In this document: in pieces, positions 11,540 through 22,085 of the stretch
How positions within the stretch are numbered: position 1 is the stretch's first letter
Layout: every line of letters starts with the position of its first letter
From: Prorocentrum cordatum
Lineage: Eukaryota
Reading direction: 5' to 3'
DNA length: 54,416 nt
Assembly (NCBI GenBank): GCA_963575745.1
Contig: CAUYUJ010000243.1
Coordinates: forward strand, 62,001-116,416
Made by a program: the position numbers and the translations under genes
The notes under the pieces: generated by a model
Databases searched by the model: none
Seen by the model: only the letters and a program-made list of their open reading frames with translations
Told to the model about the DNA's origin: nothing

Positions 11540-12800
11540 GTCTAGTTCTACGCAACGTTTGACCAAACGCCGAATCCGCCGACCCGGTCGGCGTGTGTAA
11601 GGGGGGAGCTCTGGGTCCGTCGTCCCCAGGTGCCCCTAAGAGACGATCATTATTGCATGTTCATTCCCGGAGGTTCTCTCGAGACCCTCTTGGGCGCGTT
11701 TCGCACGCCAAGCTCGTCAATTTGAGTTGAATGGAGCCAGGTCGTACTGAGTCGAAGCCTGGGTCCCGCCCTTGCGCATCATCGACCATGCGCGTCCAAA
11801 GATGTAGGCCACTCATATAGCACTCTCGCCAGCCGACTTGTTTGGCGCGAGTTTGCAAAAAAACGACGGGCCTTGAACTGGCCAAAACAAAACAGACTCA
11901 ACCACACCAGCTCTTAGGACTACGGTGGGCCTGCATATTCTGATGTGGGGATTTCCCGCCCCTTCCTGCTTTGATTTTTGCAGATGAGAGGTTACGATGT
12001 GCAAGAAGGTACGTTTCACCCGAGATGGTCCGAGAGGGCCTCCAATGCAACAACATGGCCTCCAATGAGTGCTGCCCAAACAGACTCGTCGAAAAGGAGA
12101 TGACGCCGGCGATGGTTCATGTGCCAATATCGGGGACGAACCGACATCACAGACCTCGCAGTCGCCTGTCGGATGGGACTCGACAGCCGCTTCCTGGTTC
12201 AAACGGGGGGGGTCGACTTGACTGATCCCCCTTCTTCCGACGAGACGGTTACGTGTGCCGGAAGGAAACACGTAGGCTTGACAAACGCTGGCCGGCAATG
12301 GTTGTTTGTCCGGGTTGGTTGATCCGTACCACTCGGTGTCCGCCTCCGCCTAATCTGCTTCCGTCTGTGGAGTGTGACAGCAGCTGGGGCTTTCGTCTGC
12401 AGGCGTTTCCCCCGACGACAGCGAAAAACTCTTGCTGAGATTCTGGGAAGAGGGCGAGTCGGAACCCCTTCCCGCAGTCAATGGATTCGGTCTCGAAGAT
12501 GATATGTTGAACTCCTTTTGAGCCGTGGCATTGCTCTTGATTACTTGGTACACCCAAATTCAAGGCAGGAGGCACAACTTCGTGATCTCGAAGTGAAGTT
12601 TGCAGCTGATCACCAGCATGTTACATTTTCATCCTGGATTCGGGCTAACCTGGATCCTGTTCCTAGGCTATTGTTCTGAATGTTCGGGTAGGTCATCTTT
12701 TAGTGGTGGTCCCAAGCTGAATCTCGGACGGGATGTACTTGAAACCGTGGCGTGTTCTTGAGAGTACCCCGTAGAACGTACTAAGGTATTGCGTGCATGT
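11540..12800 (-). mobile_element. Highly decayed 3' fragment of a LINE ORF2 (RTE-like C-terminal region)
   Basis: Minus-strand peptides RRHLLFDESVWAAL (~12120-12080) and RQTSRLARVLYEWP...RAGPRLRLSTTW (~11850-11735) resemble RLRLFD and W-P...RGRP..RW motifs of LINE C-termini. Many stops; ends approximate. Confidence 0.35.
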
Positions 12801-13989
12801 AATGATGTGCGGTAGCGGCCGACCCAGGCGTGGGGAAGGGTGCGAGCTTTTCACTCTGAACACAAAACGTTGCAGTGATCAAAGCAGTACATGTCACGTT
12901 ATCATGCGATGGCGCCGCCAACACTCAGTCAGAGAGTAATGGCGACGCAGGAAAATAACACACGATGGAAACGTCGCTAATGATTGCATCCTTCTGACCA
13001 TTGAACCGAGCCTCGCATGATGTTCCGATCGAACTGTGCCAGAACACAATTCTTGGGTCGTCAACGCCGCGAATCACCGATACTGTTGCGTCTTGGCGGC
13101 CCTGCATCGTGCCCGGGCACCACCCCTGGAAATTCAGCGCCGCGAATAAACGTAACTGCCGCGCCCCGACAATCTGGCATCGTGCAAAAACACACATTCT
13201 GAGACGGTAACCATTGAAGTAACCATTGAAACAACAATAGACTCGAAAACGAATGCGCGGAGCGCTAAAACGAGATCCGCCGATTGAAAAAGAACCGCCT
13301 TCCATCCGTGAAACTGTTGCCAATTTGTATCGGCGGAGGTATTGCAAAGCCTTCAAAAACGACCGTGGGCGGCGCTTAGACGATAACCGCATTTTGAAAG
13401 CAGACCGCCCGCCATTCGTGTGCGTGGCGCTCAAGCGAAAACCACATTTTGAAGAGGAACCGCCCTCCATCCGTGATGCCCTTGCTCAGTTCAAGCCTCA
13501 GGATCGCAAATGGACAGAACATCTCAAGTGAAACGCCCGACCCACCCCTTCGACCAACCTCAGATAAAAGGGAAATTGGGACACACAAATAAATGCACAC
13601 AAATAAAACTATTCCCCATATTTTCCCATATTTTCTGGGTTTTCGTCCCCCCCCCAATTCCCATATTTTCCCATATTTTCCTGGGAACCGACGGTTAACT
13701 GCGTCTGTGTGTTTTTTCCTCTTCAGCCTCAGAGAGCGACAGGGAGAAATCAGTTCTAAGGAGAAGGAATGCGAGAGGACCTCCTCGCCCACTCCTTTGC
13801 GTCCGCCCCCGCCCTCCTCCTCCCCTTGAACGGGCGGTGAGGGCTGGGCATCCTCCCCTCCTCCCCTCCCCCTCCTCCTCCTCCCGCCTCCTCCTCCTCC
13901 TCCCCTCAGCGACGCAGCGACAATAGGTCCAGACGAGCAGAACACTAAAGCAAGCTAAAGTGGACACAGCTCAAATCCGACCAAGAAAA

Positions 13990-13996
13990 AGAGAGA

Positions 13997-14063
<67 letters not shown>
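13990..14063. repeat. (GA)n microsatellite
   Basis: Directly visible. Confidence 0.95.
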
Positions 14064-14066
<3 letters not shown>

Positions 14067-14119
14067 TGGAAAAGAGGAGAAAGGAAGGCAAAGGAGTGCA
14101 AATCTCCCTCCATGCCCCT

Positions 14120-14179
14120 CCCTGCCCTCGGAGCTGGTGACCAGCTCGCCGAACGTGGTGGCCACGTTGTAGGGCAGGG
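14120..14179. other. Y-shaped three-way-junction hairpin
   Basis: Stem ccctgccct (14120-14128) / agggcaggg (14171-14179) encloses hairpins gagctgg-tga-ccagctc (14131-14147) and aacgtgg-tgg-ccacgtt (14152-14168); all pairs are Watson-Crick. Confidence 0.8.
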
Positions 14180-14445
14180 GGGAGGAGGGGGGGCGGGACC
14201 CTTCTACCCCAGTTCGATTGCTCCTCCTGCTTCCACTATCCTCAAAGCCTCCTCATAATGATGTTAGGCCCCTTTTAAAATCAAACCCCAGCAACGCTGA
14301 CTGGACGAGCTGGCACCAAAAAGCGCCTAGGAGGACCTGGTCTACTCCTAAATTGTAGGGCGAGTACTGTTATAGACAATGAAAGGTAGACCCTTATATA
14401 AACCCCTTATTCTTACTCGCCCTACGCTGCCTAACTGGGCAGCCC

Positions 14446-14841
14446 TCAGTCCACGTCAGAGCTGCTGGAGACGCCATGGCCCCTCAACTTGCACTTGAGG
14501 TGGCGGACATATTCCTGGACCTTTGACAGGTTGGCTTTCAAAATCTTCACTTGGTCAATCTTCAACTTGCGCCTGGTGACCCTGGTGACCCTACCCTTGC
14601 CCTTGCTCTTGCTCTTCAAGAGGTGGGCCGGGGGCGGCGCACGCGGGAGCGGTGCTTTCCCGCTCCCGCCCGAGGCCTTCGGCCTCAAGTACGGCACAGG
14701 ACCATAGAAGCCATATTCACCAGGCTTGGTCCCGATCTGTCTCGGCGCAAGGCTGCTGCTGCTGCTGCTGGGCTTAGGCCTGGGCTTGGGCCTGGGCGAC
14801 ATGCGCTTGCTCTTCGGCATATTCTTGGCCACTGGCTCCAT
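14446..14841 (-). CDS. Small basic (K/R/P-rich) protein with a C-terminal amphipathic helix, 131 aa; candidate ORF3 of LINE-A
   Basis: Intact ATG (14841) to TGA frame MEPVAKNMPKSKR...KLKIDQVKILKANLSKVQEYVRHLKCKLRG, on the same strand as and ~550 nt downstream of ORF2. No family recognised. Confidence 0.5.
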   Translation of the reverse strand: MEPVAKNMPKSKRMSPRPKPRPKPSSSSSSLAPRQIGTKPGEYGFYGPVPYLRPKASGGSGKAPLPRAPPPAHLLKSKSKGKGRVTRVTRRKLKIDQVKILKANLSKVQEYVRHLKCKLRGHGVSSSSDVD

Positions 14842-15386
14842 TGCCCTCGCCCTCCAAGCCAAAGTCCCTAGGTTTGATAGAAAGGCTACTTATAGACAGT
14901 GTTATATGTCTGCGCTGTCACTGCTGGTGCTGCTGCGGGGCGGGGGGAGGGCCTCCTCCTCCACCACGCGCGCGCGCAACAAACAGCACACACACGCACA
15001 CAAACACACCCACGCACACAGCCTCCTCCTCCCCCAGCCGGCTGCCATAAGCAGCTCCGAGGTCGCGGAGGCATCCCTTCCCCATGAACCCACGCACGCA
15101 CGCAGGCATAGGGGCAACGCAAGAACAGCAGCAGCGCACGCAACAAGAGATAACCCCCCTTCCGCCCTCCCAAAGACGTCTGGTCCCCCATAGGGCCTGG
15201 CATGGCTGACAGTGCCGTTGCTGCTGACTGTGCTGTTACTGAGGCCCTCCAATGTCAGCCATCACCATGGGTCCCCAAGGGCATTCCCAGGCGACAGAGT
15301 CTAGAAGGATGCGGGGAGCAGCTTCGTCATAAAACCATTTCCTTGCGTGTGTAGCAGAGGAGGCAACACCAGAAAGCATACAACCC

Positions 15387-18300
15387 CTAGGTTGGGCCTA
15401 CATCTTCAAAATGAAGAGTGGTTGCTGGTACCTGTCCACGGCGGAGCTTGCGTAGCTCCGAAGATACTTTATCATCACACGGCTTCATGGGCTTTTTGCC
15501 CAACTTTGAGCCAGTTGCAAAGGCCCCGCAACGAACACAAAAGAGTATAAGCAAACGGGACCCTACTATCCAACCAACCTGCAATGCATGTTGCAGGGGC
15601 CTCGCAGTCCCAAGAGTGTTCCTGAGCGCTACAGGCTGTGCCCTGCAAGGTTTGGTGGATTTGGGCCCTACCGCCGCAAAGCAGCGGATACATCGAAAGC
15701 TTACTCCAGTCCAATGGGGCTGGTGATAATCCACAAAGGGCCTCGGTTTTCGAGGTGCCGATGCTTTGATTAAACTCCCATAGAGCTCCTCCCTGTGGGG
15801 CCAGAGGTCTATCCTGCGCCCTACTCCTATAAGAAGGTTGGTGTAGAGCTCTACGCTGGCGCCATGCTCTTCTATGATGTCAGGGTCAAGGTCATGGCTG
15901 GCTGCCGCCGAGCCTGCGTGCCAGTCCGATCCTGATCTGTAGTGGCTTCAGAGGTGCTCCTATGGGCTTTTACCTTTTGGAGCTCTGGCCAATGTTGGGG
16001 ATCCACTGTGCGAGCAATGGCCCGCCAGAAGCCAGCAAATTGGTTGGTGCCTGTTAGCACTCTGATGGGGTCTTGACCTTTGAAAAGTCCAGAGTAGTCG
16101 GCGATAATGGGAGCCGTCCGTGGGTAGTCAGAGAATGCGACTGCTAACCCTAGCCCACCGTGCTCTGCGTGCCCCGAGTTCTGGGGGTAGTAGCCAGGCA
16201 GCGGGGCCCGAATTGCTCGAAGGAGGACCCCTTCCTGGTTAAGCTGTACAGCTGCACAGCCTCCCCTAGCAACCCCAGGTAGAGTTGGGTGGAGTCCACT
16301 CCCATCTGTGAAGATCGGGAGGTCTCCTGCGAATTTGCCAGGTGGGCATATTCCCCTTTCGTTAAAATGAAGCACGTCCCAGTCTTCTATGGGACTCTCC
16401 AGTTCTTGCCTGGGTGCCCATAGCCTGCTGAAAAAAAAAAGGTCATCAGGCCCCTGGGCCAAGGCATTGGTTTGAAAGTCTTCTAGGTATTCGTCCCTAG
16501 CTTCTTGAAAGAAAGGGCACTCCCATATACGATGGTATGCCGTGTCCAATGTATGGCAAACTGCGCATAGCCCGTCTGTTTCAAATCCCCAAGCTTGAAG
16601 CTTGGATCCCGTGGTACAACTTCCACAATACATAGACCTAACCAACTGCACCTGCTTAAACGTGGGCTTCTTCGAAGCTCTCCTAAGTGCAGTTTTAAAT
16701 CCCTCCGTCCACAGCCCCCTTTCGACTATGGGGCTGGTTGGCGGTAACACCCTACCTACATGCTGCTGGATCAACTGTTCCTTTACATCTGCAACGAACT
16801 CCTTTGAGACCACTCTGGGAGGTGTCTCTGTTATGTTGAATTCTTCGCCAGTAGATGAGGCAAAGTGTGCTGGACTAAAAGTGGCCCACTGTCCTTTCCT
16901 AAGCCATAGCAGCATCTGTGAGATAGGGCCGTACACCTTTCCAAGCCATGAAGTGCACCTTGTGTGGGCCAATCGATCCTGAGCAATTAAGAAAGCATCC
17001 CGCAATTCAAATACTGTCAGTTGGTCAGCGTGCCGTTCTAGCTCAGGTCTTGGAGATGTGGCTCGCCACCATTCCTGGCAGTAGCGCTCTAGACAAGCTC
17101 CTGCAAGAGATAGCGGGTCCTGAAGATCCAGTGTGGCCCACCACAGATCACTCTGTCCTGACCTGAGGTGGAAGGCGGAAGCACCTGCCGAAAGAGATCG
17201 CAACCTAGATATTTCTGACGGCGTGAACCCAGAGGTTCCCGCCCCATAATGGATGGTGGACCTTACTCCCGTGAGGTAGAATCGGGACCGCAGGGCCTTG
17301 GATTTCTTGCCCCTGATCCCCTTGAGGCGCTTGGCCCTGGCTGTCAAGGCCAGCCACCTACGCCGACGGACTTTTCGGGCCCCCGTATACCTAGCAGTTT
17401 TACCTGCAGGAAAGTCGATACCTAAGTTCTCAACTCCCCAGCCTGCAGTACCTGCTAGAATCCCAAGAGTCTTCTTTGCTCTTTCCACCAGCTCTCCTGA
17501 GCTGCCCACAATGCTAATCTTCGGCATCGCCAACTTCAGCTTCAAGTCATGGAGTCGGCTGCGGATATGGAGGGCCAGCTCAATCAACTTCTCTAATACA
17601 ACATTGATGCTCATGCCAAAGCTCGAGAGCGTGAGATCATCAATATGCAAGCTAGTGCTCAAACCTTCGTCTAGCTGTTCTGTCATGACAGGGAGGAGGT
17701 AGGTCTTCGCCTCATATGTGGCTGGGGATGCCCCTGCCGTTATCCCCCTCCCTGGGAAGAGCTTGGTAGAATAGCATCCATCCATAAAGACTCTTCTTGC
17801 CCAGCGATACAAATGCAGAGAGAATACCATGACGTGCTGGGGATAAGAGAAAGCCAACCCATGCTCATATAGGAAATGGTGGTCCACCATCTCGTAGAAA
17901 CTCTTGAGGCCCCATAGGAGAGAGAGGTAGTGTCCTCCTTGGCCCGAGAGGGCCTCGCTCCTAGTAGATTGCCGCCGTGCCGTATCCTCTGGGGAACGGC
18001 CCTGGCTGGCACTAAACGGGGCACCAAGACCGTGCTCCCTTTCCCATTCTTTGCAGTATCGGCTTCCCAACTTGCCATGAACCCTAATGAAAGCATACAG
18101 ATGACCAATGCATCTTCTGCCTCCTCCCTTATGCTTCCTGGCAAGTAATAGCTGCAATTCATGCAAGGAGGAAGGTGCTACCCCTAGCAAATCCATTAAG
18201 ACGTAGATCTTCCCCAGCGTGATCAGGCCGTCGTCGGAGGCCATACCAATGCGCTTCGGGCGGTACCCGTCTGGCTGACAGGTCCTGGTTTTAAAACCTC

Positions 18301-19940
18301 GGGCAATCTTCCTGAGCTTAGCAGGTGGGACTTCTGCTGGGACCCAATATCGTGTCCGAAATTGGAGCCATTCGGGGAGCCTCTGGGGTTCTGGAGTAGA
18401 CTGCCACTTCTCACCCCAAGATTCAAGTTGTGCTTGGACGGGGTTGGGCAGAGAAGATGAGGGCCCGTGGTCTGTCAGGGTTACTTCTTCGTGTAATTCT
18501 TCGGTGCCCTTCAGATGCCTGTAAATCGGGGAACCTTCTCCTTCCGCAGCTTGCTCGCACCAGGCGTCCCAGCTTCCCTTGCTAGTCTCCCTATCTGCCC
18601 CTTCAAACTTCTGACATGCGTTCTGATACCCAGAAACAAGTCGCTGGAACTCTTCGATGTCGACAGCCTTGAGTCGCAATTATTTGGCCGACTCGCTGAG
18701 TGGGGTGTGAAAGATCTCCCCTTCCTTCCAGAACTTGCGAAATGGGCCTCCATGTTCGGGTAGGTCTTCTAACTGCTTCAGCAACTTATCGAGGACTCTA
18801 CCAATAGGAGTGCCTGCTGGGGCCTCCACCCATGTAACATAATGTGCCCCAATCTCTTCGAGGCGGTGTACGACCCACCCTAGAGCCCGCTCGGGGCTTA
18901 CTCTTCCATACGACTTGCCCATTAAGAGTGCAGAGAGTGGTACTTCTTTAAACTCTGGCGTCGAACCAATCAGAAACCCTTCTGGAGCTGTTTGGGTCGC
19001 TTCATAGACTTCAGAACGAAGCTTTTCATTCCAAGCCGCGTAAGATTCGTCTAGGAGATGAATGCCGTCATGGTACATGGCATCTTCAGGAGAAAAGGCT
19101 CATGTATCCTTCTTTGCCTGATTCCTCAGGGTCTAACTTCATGCCTGCCAAGAACTCTTCCAGCTTGTCTATGATCTCGTCATAGCTTGGAGGGGGCCCC
19201 GAGGGCCCAATTGCTTCTTCGACTGGGACTTTGTGATGTTTCTTGGCAATTCTGACCCTAATATGATGGGTGTCTTGCCTTAACTGGAGCAACGCTGCCT
19301 TGTGAGGTTTGCTCGGTAAATCCAAATCTACTTCTACCTTCTCAACTGCATGTGAAAGAAGACTGCTAATCAGGAAGTAGTCCAATATAGACGCATGCTC
19401 ACCTGAAACGTACGTGTGCATGCTAACATCCGATTGGAACCGCATGTCCAGCTTGTCGACCGCCAGGTAGTCTAAGCTTATCCCGAGTGGGATGTTCCAA
19501 TCTCCCCCTATAATGCTTGCTTTACCATGCGATAATACATGATCCCCTATCTTCCTGATCAATTCCAAATTGGCCTGGCCTACCCCGCCTCCCGATATGA
19601 GGTAGATGCTGTACAAGGAGATGACCCCGTAAGCGTGCGTGCGCATGTAGCACTGGGTGGCCCTACCTGCTATCTGGAACTGCCCTGGCCCTTCTTCGCT
19701 CCAAACATCATGGTGCCTTCTGACCAAGATCATCGTTCCTCCAGAAGGATTCTTGCGGGGCCCAGGGACCGCTGGGGTTGCGAACACCTTCCAGCCCTTT
19801 TTGCGTAGCGAACCCGCTACACTTAGGATTCTGCTTTCCAAAACTCTGCGTTCCTGGATGAAGATGACATCCGCCTCTATCCCGCTGATAAGAGGCTCCC
19901 CTGAATTCCAAGAATTGAGATTCAGAGTCACAAACCTTAG
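15387..19940 (-). pseudogene. LINE-A ORF2: APE endonuclease + reverse transcriptase + RNase H + C-terminal Cys/His region, disrupted
   Basis: APE motifs VTLNLN, FIQE, IIGGDWN, LDYFLIS, PH (~19940-19280). RT motifs LLWGLKSFYE, GITAG, LHIDDL (17636-17647), NLGID. CxxC-D-H-R-W-C knuckle. RNase H motifs IFTDGS, AEHGG, IADY, KVKAH (~16320-15950). Terminal CIRC/CVRC. Lesions: frameshift ~19080, in-frame TAA at 18680, frameshifting deletion ~15925. Confidence 0.93.
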
Positions 19941-20028
19941 AGGGACATCTTTCTTCTTCGCCCCTCTCTTCTTGGTCTCCTTCTTGTGCTTAATGGGGTA
20001 CTGGTGTGGAGGCCCTCCAGGGTCAGCG

Positions 20029-21372
20029 CTAGGAGCACGCTGGCTCCGCGTCCCCCTCCTTAGGTGCCCCTTCGGGTCCCGAACCTCTGGCGGTGGCGTC
20101 CATCCTGGTGGCCTCGGGTGGGCCCTTGCGGTAGCCCTGCTTATCTTCGGGGTGGGTACCTTGGGCTTTGAGCATCTTCCCGTAGCCCCTGACGTTCTTG
20201 AAGGCCTCCAAGGATTCTGCATCCTGGTCCCCCCCGATAGCCTTGAAGGACTCTGGTTCTTGAAGTTTGGATATACGCCCACTGAGGTCCAAATCAGAAG
20301 GTCTTTTATTAATGCCACCTTTACCACCTTTCTTCTTCTGACCTTTGCCCACGCTCTTAGCCAGGGGCTTGGGTATGAAGTCTTCGAGATCGCGATCGTA
20401 CCAGCCTGTCTGATCGGATGTGACTGCTTCCCCTTCCTCATCCACTGGCATCGCAAACCCTCCTTGAGGCGGGGTGGGACTTTCCTCTTCCCCTGCCTTA
20501 GCTGCTTGAAGCTATTCCTGCCAGCGTTGATATATATCATCCCTGACGTATTCTGGTAGACCGCCGACGACACGATTCCAGGCGCCCAACTGCTTATCTT
20601 TCTCTGAATCTTCCTGAGGGCCTCCGTGCCGGTCTGATCCGTCCCGAAGATCCGAGATTTCTTGTTGGACTTCAGCTTCGAGCTCCTGGAGGTAGGCTTT
20701 CTGGGCTTCCACGGCTTCCAGGACCTTATCGCAATTTTGGATGTCCCCTTGGATGCCTTCCAACTGGGATTCTTTTGCTTTGAGCTTCCGTTCGATACGA
20801 TGTATGATCTGAGACCGAGGGAGCTGGGAATCTTTGGACTGCTTGACCGATTCATACAAGGCCTCGATCGTGGCCACATGTTCTGGTCCAAAATCAGTGT
20901 TGGGAGACCTGGCCTGCTGCAAGAGCTCATGGACCACTTGGGTCCCCGTTTTCTTCGGCTTCCTGGGCCTTTGTCCTTCCCAACTCTCCCCATGCTCTCT
21001 GTGGTCTCCTGCCCCACCCTTTCCCGGCCTCGTCCCGTAGCCGCCGTGCTGCTGGTACTGGTCGAGCATGTGGCCTGACGGACCTGGTCCACCTGGTCCT
21101 CCTGGCCCTCCTCCTCCTTTAGAAAATTCCTTGCCTCCTTTAGCTCCTCCCTTAAAGGTTCCTTTCGGCCCACCTTCGGAGGTTCCTTTGCCAGTCCCCG
21201 AAAACTGTCCCCCGTTGGGTGGTGGGGGAATGGCTTGGGGATACCCATTTGGAATGCCCCATTGGCGAAGGTCAGCCTTGCAGTGATAGCAAGAATGGTA
21301 CCAAGGAGGATTCTTCTTATTCCCACATTGCCCGCATGTAACACCAGTGATCTGATACCCATGCTTATACAT
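20029..21372 (-). pseudogene. LINE-A ORF1: N-terminal C4 (RanBP2-like) zinc finger, Gly/Lys-rich linker, coiled coil; one premature TAG
   Basis: CGQCGNKKNPPWYHSCYHC; GGKG repeats; heptad-rich IERKLKAKESQLEGIQGDIQ...LQELEAEVQQEISDL. ORFs 20512-21372 and 20029-20451 share one frame, separated by TAG at 20512-20514. Confidence 0.8.
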
Positions 21373-21533
21373 TGCTCTACTGCCAAGGAAGGGCTGAGAG
21401 CGGCCGATCGCAATCGGCAGGGCGGGTTAACGACAGGGTTGTGTGGGAAAAGAACGCCTGCTGCAGGCGCGCACGCCTCGGGCCAACCCCTCGGCAGCAG
21501 ACAAGCACGAAGCCGCAGGGCGACGGTTTCGTA

Positions 21534-21555
21534 CTTGAGCCAAAATGGCTACGGA
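21534..21555 (-). other. Full-length dinoflagellate spliced leader (DinoSL) copy
   Basis: Reverse complement is TCCGTAGCCATTTTGGCTCAAG, a 22/22 match to DCCGTAGCCATTTTGGCTCAAG, 161 nt upstream of the ORF1 ATG. Confidence 0.98.
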
Positions 21556-21914
21556 GCCCTCCTCCCCTCCTCCTCCCCTCCTCCTCCCTCCTCCTCCCCT
21601 TGAACGGGGGAGGGCATCGGGCGGCCCGGCGGTCTGTCCCCGAAGACCAGCACCGTCCAGCCCGCCATCGCCGCCTCTGGTATGAAGCACCCCTCGGGGG
21701 GCGCCGGGGGGCAGGCCATCGCGCTGTGCTGGACGGGGTGGACACACATTTTGGTCTCGAGACACGCCCTGAGAGTGGATCGATGCTCGGGCGCTGTGCC
21801 TCGGCTTCGGGTCTCTCCAGGGGTTCCGCTTCAGGATCCGAGGCCATCCAACGGCGGCGCCGGATGAGGCTCTAGCTCTGCGGGAGCAGAGGCCTCCCAG
21901 ATCCTAAATGGGGT

Positions 21915-22085
21915 CTGGATGATGGGGTCGAGGGAACACGCCGCATCGCCGATGCATCGGTGACGCATCGCCGATGCATCGGCGACGTTTGTAATGCATC
22001 GAAGACGTCAGCGTGGAGAAGATCAGGCCCAACATCGAGTTGCATACCCGATGCATCGGCGATGCGGCGCGATCCTCCGATCCCA
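21915..22085. repeat. Palindrome-rich interspersed repeat (CCGATGCATCGG units)
   Basis: Three ccgatgcatcgg palindromes; 22048-22084 is an inverted homolog of ~36640-36675. Confidence 0.65.

Larger units (their letters stand above)
13907..21555 (-). mobile_element. LINE-A: near full-length non-LTR retrotransposon (SL - ORF1 - APE/RT/RNase H ORF2 - possible ORF3 - structured 3' region)
   Basis: 5' end defined by a perfect DinoSL at 21534-21555; domain motifs listed in the ORF features. The 3' boundary is inferred from a candidate low-complexity TSD cctcctcccct (13896-13906 and 21558-21568); the secure minimum extent is 15387-21555. Confidence 0.85.

Noticed and set aside
14120..14179. Hammerhead ribozyme or parvoviral terminus
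   Set aside because: No CTGATGA/GAAA core on either strand and no Rep/NS1 or capsid ORF nearby; kept only as an unexplained structure.
19657..21078. Plus-strand ORFs of 300 and 138 aa
   Set aside because: Antisense shadows of LINE-A ORF1/ORF2 with no motifs of their own.
21500..21555. SL RNA gene
   Set aside because: The SL is followed by TACG rather than a GT donor, is single-copy here and leads into a retrotransposon UTR and ORF1.
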